Virus record (IMG/VR): IMGVR_UViG_3300027791_000013
Coordinates: 7,516 to 71,515 of that record
Strand: one strand, 5' to 3'
Length of the DNA: 64,000 bases
Source of the DNA: a virus
The stretch's first letter is position 1; every line of letters starts with the position of its first letter. Positions 49,499 to 59,319 of this stretch are shown here, piece after piece. Below the pieces are notes generated by a model. It worked only from the letters and a program-made list of their open reading frames with translations. It was not told the origin of the DNA and searched no databases. The translations under genes were made by a program, and so were the position numbers.

Positions 49499-51322
49499 CT
49501 ATGTGTTCTCTACAATAATATTGGATAGTATCGATTTATTTGAAAGGTATGGGTATTTAAAAAATGGTAATTTTAAGTCACTACCAATTATTTTTATATC
49601 GTTATTAGGATATATAGGGTTATAAACAACAAGACTAATTCCTTCAACTTCATTATCATTAACATTATTAATAACACGCCTTGTACGTATATCTTCAACC
49701 CCATCTATATTAAAAATTTGATTGCTTATATCTTTTAGACTTATTAAACTACCTAAATTTAAACTTTCAAAATAGTTTATAAATATATTGTTTATTCTTT
49801 CTTTTATTGATTCAGTACTTGAATTACTTAACACATTTCTTTTTATAATTAAAAACGACTCACTAGATATATCTTTTGTTAGTGTTCTATCTGCATTACT
49901 TCTTACCCCTAAACCAAATGAAGTATATACTGGGTCAACAGGTACTATATTAATATTAGCTTGTTGTTGCTCTTTAAATGAATTTATAATTGAAGACTTT
50001 TGTGAAGTTGAAACAAAATTAAGATTATCATTTTCATCTACATTATTAAATTTAGAGACTAAAAATAAGTAAATATTATTTATTTGATTAATTGAATTAA
50101 AATTAATCTGGTTAAATAAAACTCTACTATCATCATTAGGTTTATTTAACCCGATATTTAAAAAATAATTTAAATATTGATCAACATAGTCATCGTTATT
50201 AACAACGTTAAATGATTTTAAAACTTGTGAAAAATTAGTTAATAAAAAGTCATTATAATCTTTTATTGTCACGACTCTATTCTGTAATTGAAAGTTTTTA
50301 GCTGCATTATTTCTAATACTTTCAGTATCTTCCTTTTCTACTGGTGTAGTTGATTGAAGACTATTTGAAAAATTTAAATATTGTAGCTGCTGAGTAGTTA
50401 TAAAATTAAATGTATTGTTGTAAATATCTTGACTAATTTGATTAAATCTAGGAGTTACAAACAAATTTAAGTTATTACCATCCAATACTCCTGGTGATAT
50501 TACACCTGCTTCCCCTGAACTTTGGATATAATATATAAGAACGTTATCCCCTACGTTAAGTTTTTTACCAAAAACCCCGTTACCAAATTTAAATTCATAA
50601 AGACCATTTTCATTTAATCTCTTTTCAAATACAGTTGAGTCAGAATTTTCTAAAAATAAACTAGTTGTTTCAGTAAATTCAATTATTTTCTTAGTATCAG
50701 CATCTTGCACGTAAATACTAATCGAACTACTATCTACATTAATTTTTAAGTTATCATCTTTACTCTTAACAGCTAATATTACAGATTCAAAATCTTCCCC
50801 TAACGCTGTTATCTGAGGGAATTCAAAATATTGTCCTTCTCTTAAAATATTTTCACTAGAAAAATTCTTTAAATTTTGATTACCTATTACAGTTTTATTA
50901 AAAGTACTATCATTAATAAATGAATAATATACACCACCTACAACGAAATAACTATATCTTTTAATCGTATACGCATCCACCGGTAACAAACTACTCGCTT
51001 CTAAATTAAATGAAAGTAACGAAGTCTGGTAACCTTTAGGTTTATAATCAATTAATTTAACGATTCTATTCATATTTTCATATATGTTAGTATCGGTAAA
51101 CATCGATTCAGCAGATGTTTGATTGAGATAAAATAAAAGTAAATGGTAACTGTATGCAATTACATCAATAATAGATGACATATTACTACCTTCAAAAGAC
51201 TGGTCAGTATATACATTACCTTCATTCAATCTTGTTTGAATAAGTTCTTTTAGTGATTTTGCATCAAAAGCAGTATAACTATTTCTTGATAAACTAAAAT
51301 CAGTTAAATTTTCCTTCGCCAT
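49499..51322 (-). CDS. Baseplate wedge protein (T4 gp6-like)
   Basis: DQSFEGSNMSSIIDVIAY, FKFGNGVFGKKL, ESIRNNA...QNRVVTIKDY. Confidence 0.88.
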   Translation of the reverse strand: MAKENLTDFSLSRNSYTAFDAKSLKELIQTRLNEGNVYTDQSFEGSNMSSIIDVIAYSYHLLLFYLNQTSAESMFTDTNIYENMNRIVKLIDYKPKGYQTSLLSFNLEASSLLPVDAYTIKRYSYFVVGGVYYSFINDSTFNKTVIGNQNLKNFSSENILREGQYFEFPQITALGEDFESVILAVKSKDDNLKINVDSSSISIYVQDADTKKIIEFTETTSLFLENSDSTVFEKRLNENGLYEFKFGNGVFGKKLNVGDNVLIYYIQSSGEAGVISPGVLDGNNLNLFVTPRFNQISQDIYNNTFNFITTQQLQYLNFSNSLQSTTPVEKEDTESIRNNAAKNFQLQNRVVTIKDYNDFLLTNFSQVLKSFNVVNNDDYVDQYLNYFLNIGLNKPNDDSRVLFNQINFNSINQINNIYLFLVSKFNNVDENDNLNFVSTSQKSSIINSFKEQQQANINIVPVDPVYTSFGLGVRSNADRTLTKDISSESFLIIKRNVLSNSSTESIKERINNIFINYFESLNLGSLISLKDISNQIFNIDGVEDIRTRRVINNVNDNEVEGISLVVYNPIYPNNDIKIIGSDLKLPFFKYPYLSNKSILSNIIVENT

Positions 51323-51334
51323 AAATATATTTAA

Positions 51335-51808
51335 TTAATAACTATAGAAACCAGATTTGTTTAATCTGCCTTTTATATTAAGTGGGTTATTGTTAAATTC
51401 GGGTATATTAATTGTTATGTTTAATTCATATTCCCCTGTTCCGATATCTGCTATAACTTCTATTTCAATTACTTGAATTCTAGGTTCAAAACCAACAAAA
51501 GTATTATTTATAGTTTCACCTATAACTGTAGCTCTAGCTTTCGACACCGGTAAGAATAAAAGATCACCAAAATTCATACCAAACTCAGGGTTTAATATTT
51601 TTTGACCTGGAAAGGTGGTTATTAAGTTAATTAATGAGTTTCTAATAGCTTCAAAATTAACTGAAGTATTTAAATCTTTTAAATTTTCAGGACTATGTAA
51701 TTCATTTCCTTTAACTATACCTACGTTTACATTTAAATTAAGATCTCTATAGATAACATCATTAGTTTTTTCCCTTACAGGTTCTAAAATATTTAGTTTT
51801 ATAGGCAT
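51335..51808 (-). CDS. Baseplate wedge protein (T4 gp25-like)
   Basis: AIRNSLINLITTFPGQKILNPEFG, FEPRI. Confidence 0.9.
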   Translation of the reverse strand: MPIKLNILEPVREKTNDVIYRDLNLNVNVGIVKGNELHSPENLKDLNTSVNFEAIRNSLINLITTFPGQKILNPEFGMNFGDLLFLPVSKARATVIGETINNTFVGFEPRIQVIEIEVIADIGTGEYELNITINIPEFNNNPLNIKGRLNKSGFYSY

Positions 51809-51829
51809 ATAAGTATTTAGTAGAAGTTA

Positions 51830-54589
51830 TTATGTACTGATAAAATTATATAAAGTATTATTTTTATCTATTAAATTAAATACAAACTTACCATTGTTAG
51901 TTTTTTGTCCGTTTATAGCTTTTAACCCTAATGGTGTTAGGTCAGAAATTAATTTAATAGCTACTAAATTAATAGTAGTAATTCCTCCATGTTCATAATA
52001 CAATTTTATAGAACCTGTCGATGATATAGTATCATTAAAAGATGTATAAGTATGTTTAAAATTATCTAACTTAAGTGTATTATCAGCTAATTGATATTTT
52101 GAATATAAAATATCGCTATTGTTATCACCGTAATCTATTTCCGCTTTATATAAACTAATACTACCCGATAATTGTGTTACGTTTTGTAAATCAAAATTTA
52201 TATCAGTTGTACCTGAGTATGCAAAAGTAACTGTTCTTGAAAAATCATCCACCGGAAAGGATAAAGATGGTAAAGTTAGATTACCTGGACCCGGTAAAAA
52301 ATTAAACGTACTTGATAATTGAGCTACCGCGGAGACTGCATTTCTTGTACTCGTGATAGCTGAGTTATTAAAATTAGTAAAAAGATCGTTAGTAATAATA
52401 GAAATTTTATTATTAACGATTTTATAATTAAAATAATGTAATATTATTGACTCGTTTTGATTTAAGAAAGTTGACGTTAATATATAAGAATTATCATAAC
52501 TGTTATATTTTAAATCGCTGTTAACTAGTTTATCAATTGTTACACTACCATCAGGTGAATCAAAATTAAATGTATTCAAAAAGTAAGTAGATGTTTCTGT
52601 ATTTCTAGTACTTATCTCATCTATAATTTTCTTTTGGGTATCAAACTTATACAATTCATAACGAAATGTATTTGAACCACCGGCAACGGGGGCTTGAGCG
52701 GATAAACTTATATTAAATTTATATATAGAACCGTTATTATAACAATCTTTTGTAATAAATGCAAAACGACTTGCCCATGGTCGTGTTGAGTCTCTTTCAA
52801 TTATTAAAGGAGAATTTACCTGTTCAATGTAATTGCCATCATATCTAAAAGCATCTATGATTGAAAAAGAACTTAAATCTAAACTAAAAGTATCTTCATA
52901 TACGTTAATATCGTAAATATCAGAACTAGTAATTTGGTTATATAATGTACTATTAAAAATAAATTTATTATATATAGTATTAAAATTAGAACTAGATAGT
53001 GGTTTTAACGTTTTTGTAATTACGTCTTTTATGTATACAGACTTAAAACTATTTATTTTATCGCTGAAACCAGATAGCTTTTCAACTACACCATATCTAT
53101 TTTCTGATACATCAATTGTATTACCAGATTCGAAAGTAGCATCTTGTATGATATCGATATCAGACGTATTTCTTATTACCCCTCTATTAGGTATAATTTG
53201 AATATATTCATTACCATAAATATCAGTTTCAATTTTATCAACTGAACCGTAATTAACTAAATCAGTAATTGAATTAGAAAATTTACCATCATTCGTAATA
53301 TTTATTCTTTTATTTTCAAGAGATTGATATGAATGAAAATAATGATTTCTTTCATTAGCTTTAACTGTATTACGAGAAGATGATGATGAAATATTTTTAT
53401 AACTGCTTTGATCAAAATAAAAATTAAAAGGATTTTCTCTTTTAGTATTACTTAAGTTTATAATGTCACCGTATTGATCTGGATCTGGGAAAACATATAC
53501 GTAATTATCAATTAATTTTGATTTTATTTTTCTTATAAACTCTCCATCTACTTTTAAAATAGAAAACTTAGTAGGGTTAAAAAATAAACCAATATCTCTT
53601 TCAAACCCACCCGGTAGAGTTTCTTTGGCCATTACTGAAGGAAAGTTTATATTAAATAAATTTTTTGCTTTATTTTTTGCTTCAAATAATTTACCAGATA
53701 CATATTCAGTACCAGTATTACTCAAATAATAATAATCAGTTCCTACTAAGTGTTCGGATAATTCAGCTTCAAAAAGTACTCTATAAGTATCTGTATTATT
53801 GGTAATTTTATAATCAATAAAATCATCTCTACGCAATATACTTGTATTAACTTCATTAAACTCTATTAATAAGTTATAAGGATTTAATTCACTTAAAGTG
53901 ATATTGTTACTATTTAAAACCTCTACCAATGCTTGATCAATATCTAAAAATGAATTTACATTAATATCATTGGTAATATACGTTTCATTTGCATCAATTG
54001 ATAACGGGTTTACATCAAAATAATTATTAAATGTATCGTAACCTAATTCAACATCAATTCTTAAAGATGATAATGAAACAATATTACCGGTGTAGTCTGG
54101 ACTGGTAAAGAAATTAGCAATATTATTTCTAATTTGATCTTTAACACTTAAATTACTACCTTTGCCTTGTTTTTCTCTTAACTCTCTTTGAAATGTATTT
54201 CTCTTACCTCTGTAATAATTTAAAATTTCGACTATCTTTGATCTATAGAAAGGTATAATTTTAGTTAATGCATCTTGATCGTAAAAATCAATAGTATTAA
54301 AAAATCTTCTTTGTTCTTGTGTAGAATATTTTAAAGTTAAATCATTGAAAAAATTTAAATAAATTGATCTTATATTTATAGCATTATCCTTATTGTTCGA
54401 AAAATCAGTCTCTTTCCACTTTTCTAAATATTTTTTATATTGATTAAAATTTTCTAAATCGTTAGTATCTATAATCTTAACATAATTTAAATATTCAATA
54501 AAGTTGAATGGACTACCGACATCAAACTTATCGTCAGATAAAGTATTAGTTATACTATTATTAACAATATACTCTGTGAATTTTATCAT
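51830..54589 (-). CDS. Large putative baseplate protein
   Basis: 919-aa ORF between gp5-like and gp25-like genes; C-terminal PKD-like IDYGD...HTY. Confidence 0.55.
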   Translation of the reverse strand: MIKFTEYIVNNSITNTLSDDKFDVGSPFNFIEYLNYVKIIDTNDLENFNQYKKYLEKWKETDFSNNKDNAINIRSIYLNFFNDLTLKYSTQEQRRFFNTIDFYDQDALTKIIPFYRSKIVEILNYYRGKRNTFQRELREKQGKGSNLSVKDQIRNNIANFFTSPDYTGNIVSLSSLRIDVELGYDTFNNYFDVNPLSIDANETYITNDINVNSFLDIDQALVEVLNSNNITLSELNPYNLLIEFNEVNTSILRRDDFIDYKITNNTDTYRVLFEAELSEHLVGTDYYYLSNTGTEYVSGKLFEAKNKAKNLFNINFPSVMAKETLPGGFERDIGLFFNPTKFSILKVDGEFIRKIKSKLIDNYVYVFPDPDQYGDIINLSNTKRENPFNFYFDQSSYKNISSSSSRNTVKANERNHYFHSYQSLENKRINITNDGKFSNSITDLVNYGSVDKIETDIYGNEYIQIIPNRGVIRNTSDIDIIQDATFESGNTIDVSENRYGVVEKLSGFSDKINSFKSVYIKDVITKTLKPLSSSNFNTIYNKFIFNSTLYNQITSSDIYDINVYEDTFSLDLSSFSIIDAFRYDGNYIEQVNSPLIIERDSTRPWASRFAFITKDCYNNGSIYKFNISLSAQAPVAGGSNTFRYELYKFDTQKKIIDEISTRNTETSTYFLNTFNFDSPDGSVTIDKLVNSDLKYNSYDNSYILTSTFLNQNESIILHYFNYKIVNNKISIITNDLFTNFNNSAITSTRNAVSAVAQLSSTFNFLPGPGNLTLPSLSFPVDDFSRTVTFAYSGTTDINFDLQNVTQLSGSISLYKAEIDYGDNNSDILYSKYQLADNTLKLDNFKHTYTSFNDTISSTGSIKLYYEHGGITTINLVAIKLISDLTPLGLKAINGQKTNNGKFVFNLIDKNNTLYNFIST

Positions 54590-54624
54590 ACTATAATATT
54601 TAATACAGGTTAATAACTATCAAA

Positions 54625-57012
54625 TTAACTAAACCCTCCATCATAATTAGCTGAAGTATTTCCTGTGTATGTTTCGTTACCACTACCGGTACCAACTGCG
54701 GCACCACTTGACAATGTTTTAGCATATGTCTCGTTAATAGTTATACCACTTTTTTGAGTATTAAATTGCGGGGTAGCAGTAACTCTTTGCTCACTATTAA
54801 TACCACTATTTTTAGCTGAATTACGTACACTTTCATTACCATCAGTTAAAGTTAAAGGTAGATTATTAAATGTATGGGTATGTGGGTAAGTTGCAATTGT
54901 ATCAGCTATCGGTGTACCGGTTTGTGTACCACCGTACACTGGCACTGTAGCTGAACCAGGTCCATCTGTCCAAAAATAGTCTACAAAACCAATAACAGCT
55001 CCTTGCACGGTTTGACCTAATACTTGCGTAGTATTAGTTACCTGTGTTTCTGCTGGTGCAGTTACATGTTGTAGATAAGTTTCCCCTTCTACCGATAAAC
55101 CACCGCCAATAACTACGTTTTTATTTACACCAAGACTACTATCTATTAAAACCTGCCTTTGTCTTTTATTACGTAATTTTAAAATTTCTGCACTTATATT
55201 AATAACTTTAGCATCTAAATTAATTTCATTTTCAGAACCAATATTAACTTGTTGACCAGCTATATTAGTTATTGAGCCTGATATATTTGTCGGTCCGTAT
55301 GACTTTAAATTAATACCACCAGCTCCGACCATTACATTATATCTATTATTAACGTTTAAATTATATGTTCCTCCTGGTAAATCCTGAACATCAACGTATT
55401 CTAACAAAGGACCTGAATCACTATTTGTATATGTACTTTTACTACCGACTAATACTTCATTATTTACTAACTTACCAATAGGATCAAATCTAATACTACC
55501 GTAATCATTCATTACAGTACCAATATTTTCTAATTTATTTTTACTAATCTCAATAATTTCACTTCCGCCGAGACCGAAATCTCTTTCTTTAATCATTAGA
55601 TCAGCTTGAATATTTAATATTTCTGTACTTAAATTTTTATCTTCGGGGTCCCAATCACCGTCTTGAGTAGATGGACTTTTACCAATACCATTACTGAAAG
55701 TATTACCTGATTCACTAGGCCAATTTTCTTTTGTAGTACCTATATTTGAACTGGGTGATGGTTTAGGGTTGGTACCCGTTGCTAATACTTTAAGGTTATT
55801 ATCATAATAAGGAGCTTGACCACCGTTAAAAGTTCCTGATATATTTAATTCTGGAAAACCGGAACCAAGAAATGTATTTATATTGTTTAAAGCTAAATAT
55901 TCTTTAGAAGCCGTTACTGGGAAACTAGCAAATGTACCAGCTCTTGTTTGTTCAATACTATTAAGTCTTAGTATAACATCACCATTTGAAGTAATATTAT
56001 TATTACCTGCTCTTTTTATATCAAACAATTGTTTTTTATCTTGAACTGTACCAAAAGCTAGCTTCCATTCATCAAAGAATGTATCGTTCAAATTGCCAAT
56101 TTTTTTATACTTATCACGTAAAACTATCTCATCATAATTTTTACCGGTAAATTCATTTTTAAATCCCTTTACTGTATTAAATTCATCATTAATTACCAAT
56201 TTTTGATTATTTTTAGTTGCTAGTTCTGAATTCGTATTATTATTAAACTCTTTAAATGAACCTGAATAGTGGGTTAATTTAATTTTTTCATTATGATCGG
56301 TATTGTTTATTTCAAAAGTACCCCCTTTCTGATTTAAGACATACTTATTCCTATATGTTTTTACGTTATAATCCTCTTCAGTCGAACTACTATCGTAATT
56401 TTCATATTTACCTGGGTAATCTACTTCATTATCATAAATACCTTGCCAGTCATCCTTACCGAAAGATGTACCTATAATAACAGGAAACTGTGTATTACCT
56501 TCTCTAAAAAATACATAAACGTGAGAGCCTACGCTAGGTATACCGAACGAACCTTTTGCTTTATTAGAGTATGTATTAGGCTTATAATTAAAAGAATAAG
56601 GGTTTATATTATTTACATTGTTACTATTATCGCTAAAAGCATCACTTAATCTAAACATACTTTGATCGTATATTTCTCCTGTTGAAGCTGAACTATCTGC
56701 ACTTAAATTACCATATGAATTAGTATCTGAAACTGTTGCTTTATTAGTATAATTATTATACCGTTTAGAAGTATTCTCACTCGTTAACGGACAACTAACT
56801 TCAGCCCAAGGCAATATAGTTTTTAACTTTGCCATGATCGGTTCAAGTTGACCGTCGATAGATCTAAAGAACTTATCTTGATTATCGCCGACCCAATTTT
56901 CATATACTGTAGGAGACAAATGAGGTATAAACACTTTTACCCTACCTCTTTTTTGAGGGTCGTTATTTTGAACTACTATGCCCAAATATATACTATTAAA
57001 TTCTTTTTCCAT
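54625..57012 (-). CDS. Baseplate central spike (T4 gp5-like OB-fold + beta-helix)
   Basis: YLGIVVQNNDPQKRGRVKV, LPWA, IPSVGSHVYVFF..G..QFPVIIG, THYSGSF.E, PHTH. Confidence 0.82.
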   Translation of the reverse strand: MEKEFNSIYLGIVVQNNDPQKRGRVKVFIPHLSPTVYENWVGDNQDKFFRSIDGQLEPIMAKLKTILPWAEVSCPLTSENTSKRYNNYTNKATVSDTNSYGNLSADSSASTGEIYDQSMFRLSDAFSDNSNNVNNINPYSFNYKPNTYSNKAKGSFGIPSVGSHVYVFFREGNTQFPVIIGTSFGKDDWQGIYDNEVDYPGKYENYDSSSTEEDYNVKTYRNKYVLNQKGGTFEINNTDHNEKIKLTHYSGSFKEFNNNTNSELATKNNQKLVINDEFNTVKGFKNEFTGKNYDEIVLRDKYKKIGNLNDTFFDEWKLAFGTVQDKKQLFDIKRAGNNNITSNGDVILRLNSIEQTRAGTFASFPVTASKEYLALNNINTFLGSGFPELNISGTFNGGQAPYYDNNLKVLATGTNPKPSPSSNIGTTKENWPSESGNTFSNGIGKSPSTQDGDWDPEDKNLSTEILNIQADLMIKERDFGLGGSEIIEISKNKLENIGTVMNDYGSIRFDPIGKLVNNEVLVGSKSTYTNSDSGPLLEYVDVQDLPGGTYNLNVNNRYNVMVGAGGINLKSYGPTNISGSITNIAGQQVNIGSENEINLDAKVINISAEILKLRNKRQRQVLIDSSLGVNKNVVIGGGLSVEGETYLQHVTAPAETQVTNTTQVLGQTVQGAVIGFVDYFWTDGPGSATVPVYGGTQTGTPIADTIATYPHTHTFNNLPLTLTDGNESVRNSAKNSGINSEQRVTATPQFNTQKSGITINETYAKTLSSGAAVGTGSGNETYTGNTSANYDGGFS

Positions 57013-57052
57013 TATATCTTTATATTTAAATTAAAAATTAAACAATACAATG

Positions 57053-57943
57053 TTACGTAAGGTTAAAATCATCATTCAAGGTTTTCATATAATTTAAAGT
57101 TTCTTCTTCTTTATTATATCTGTTTATTAAATCAATTTTTCTTGCTAATGGATTCTTAACTTGAGTGATATTTGCTATTTGTGATTGTTGTTTTGATACA
57201 ACATTTCTTGAAATAGTAGCTTCGTCTATGGTTTTTACATCAAAGAATGAAAAATCAGGATTAGTTGTTTTAATAAAACTACCAGTACTGTTTAGAGATA
57301 TATTAGATATCTGATTATCAAATATTGAAGTTTCAGAAATACCATTAAACGATAAATTGAAAATTTTATCTTTTTGTTGTTGTGCTAAATTATTAACAAA
57401 TGCTAATTGTTTATCAGGACTAAATGTAAAATCTCGTATTTGGGTATTTGAAAGTTTATTTACATTTCCTAGTATATCAATAGAACTTTTACCAACTATA
57501 ATACCAGCTTCAATTTCATTACTTATATTATCTGATAAATTATCTATAGAAGCATTTAATTTATCTCCTAATGAAATATCATCTAAACTTAGATTTTTAA
57601 ACCTTGTAGTAATACTTTTAGCAAATTTATTTAAATTAGCACCTATATTATTATCGATTAGACCATATATAGCATTTAAATTTAAACTACTTAAAGAAGG
57701 AAATGGTAAACCTTTCAAACCGTTTGCAAAATTAATACCACCAGTTAATTTCGAAAGGTTAAGATTTAAACTTGTTCCTATCACACTTTGTAAATTACTA
57801 AGTAAACTACTTGTAGCTGTATTAATTAAATTAGTCCTAACCGTACTGCTAAGATTTTGTATTTTAGAAGCAGCTATAGTTTTTAAATTATTAGTAAGAT
57901 TTCCTATTACACCGGAAAAATCTATATTAAGTCCAAACGCCAT
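57053..57943 (-). CDS. Hypothetical protein
   Basis: 296-aa Asn/Leu/Ser-rich ORF; TAAATA-N5-ATG. Confidence 0.6.
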   Translation of the reverse strand: MAFGLNIDFSGVIGNLTNNLKTIAASKIQNLSSTVRTNLINTATSSLLSNLQSVIGTSLNLNLSKLTGGINFANGLKGLPFPSLSSLNLNAIYGLIDNNIGANLNKFAKSITTRFKNLSLDDISLGDKLNASIDNLSDNISNEIEAGIIVGKSSIDILGNVNKLSNTQIRDFTFSPDKQLAFVNNLAQQQKDKIFNLSFNGISETSIFDNQISNISLNSTGSFIKTTNPDFSFFDVKTIDEATISRNVVSKQQSQIANITQVKNPLARKIDLINRYNKEEETLNYMKTLNDDFNLT

Positions 57944-57955
57944 ATATATATTTAC

Positions 57956-57983
57956 TTGATATACCTATTTCTGTCTATATAAT
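57956..57983 (+). promoter_or_regulatory. Sigma70-like promoter TTGATA-N16-TATAAT
   Basis: Ends 6 nt before the ATG at 57990. Confidence 0.7.
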
Positions 57984-57989
57984 TAATGT

Positions 57990-58781
57990 ATGTTAGTATC
58001 ACATGAAAGCCCGATTAGTATTTTAGATAAATCTCAATCATATAACGATTATGATTATGCATTAGTGCATTTATTTGAAACCCATCCTCAATATTATGAC
58101 TATTTTAAAAATAGTGTTAAACTAGGTAGAGAAGTTCTTTTAGATAATAGTATTTTTGAACTTGGAGAATCATTTGATCCAGGTAAGTTTGCCAAATATG
58201 TTAAAGAATTAAAACCATCCTACTATATTGTACCTGATGTACTTGAAGATGGTTATGCTACTATTAAAAGTTTTCATGAATTTACTACAAAATATACAAA
58301 ACTGCAAGGCTTGAAGATAGGAGCTATACAAGGAAAGACGTATGATGAAATTGTAGATTGTTATAACTATATGTCGGAAAATGCAGACTATATTGCAATT
58401 AGTTTCGACTTTAGCTATTATATTGTAACTGGTAAGGGTAAATCTAAACTAGAAAGATGGTGTGATGGTCGTCGTAGATTAATAGAGCAATTAAAGAAAG
58501 ATGGTATTTGGAATTATCAGAAGCCTCACCATTTATTGGGTTGTTCGTTAGCAAAAGAATTTAAAAACTATTTAGGTGATAAGTCAATTAGATCAGTAGA
58601 TACTTCTAATCCAGTAGTAGCTGGTATTAAGGAACTTAGATATACTGGTAATCTAGGTTTAAATGAGAAGCCTTCAATTATGCTAGCTGATTTAATTGAT
58701 CATGATGTTACAGATACACAAATGGAAGATATAAAATATAACGTTAATTGCTTTAAAGATATAATTGGTCATGGTTATTAG
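57990..58781 (+). CDS. TGT/DpdA-like 7-deazaguanine transglycosylase-fold protein
   Basis: LLDNS, VPDV, AIQG, HHLLG, RSVDTS resemble the TGT-barrel motif series; no TGT Zn-binding CxCxxC; same operon as queF. Confidence 0.65.
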   Translation: MLVSHESPISILDKSQSYNDYDYALVHLFETHPQYYDYFKNSVKLGREVLLDNSIFELGESFDPGKFAKYVKELKPSYYIVPDVLEDGYATIKSFHEFTTKYTKLQGLKIGAIQGKTYDEIVDCYNYMSENADYIAISFDFSYYIVTGKGKSKLERWCDGRRRLIEQLKKDGIWNYQKPHHLLGCSLAKEFKNYLGDKSIRSVDTSNPVVAGIKELRYTGNLGLNEKPSIMLADLIDHDVTDTQMEDIKYNVNCFKDIIGHGY

Positions 58782-59319
58782 TTTTACAGGAGCTCAGAGT
58801 ACAGGTAAATCTACTTTACTTACAAAAATGCAAACTGATGAAAGGTTTCGTAAGTTTAATTTTGTACCGGAAATAACTAGAAGTTTAAAAAAGAAATATA
58901 AACTAGATATTAATGAAGATGGTGATGAATTTACTCAATTACTAACGGTTAATAGTCATTTGTATAACTATTTAGATTTTAAGGGTAAAAATGTAGTATT
59001 AGATAGATGTATTTTAGATGGTTTAATATATACAATGTATCAATATCAAACGAAAAAAATACCTATTGAGATATATAATTATGCTGAATATCTCTTTAAG
59101 AAACTCATTAGTACTGTTGATATTATACTTTATACAGAACCTGATATACCCTTAGTAGATGATGGTGAGAGAAGTGCGAATAAAGAGTTTCGTGATATTA
59201 TCATTAATCTATTTGAAGAGGCAATTAATCATTTTGATATTAAAGTAATAAGATTGAGTGGATCAGTTGAAAATCGTATGAAAACAATTTATAATATAGT
59301 AGATAATTATGGCAAATAA
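58771..59319 (+). CDS. P-loop nucleotide kinase-like protein (AAA_28 / thymidylate-kinase-like)
   Basis: SFTGAQSTGKST, LDRCILD, DDGER. Confidence 0.75.
   Translation: MVISFTGAQSTGKSTLLTKMQTDERFRKFNFVPEITRSLKKKYKLDINEDGDEFTQLLTVNSHLYNYLDFKGKNVVLDRCILDGLIYTMYQYQTKKIPIEIYNYAEYLFKKLISTVDIILYTEPDIPLVDDGERSANKEFRDIIINLFEEAINHFDIKVIRLSGSVENRMKTIYNIVDNYGK

Noticed and set aside
57357-57959. 200-aa plus-strand ORF
   Set aside because: Antisense shadow of the 57053-57943 gene, which has the late-promoter geometry; non-ATG start
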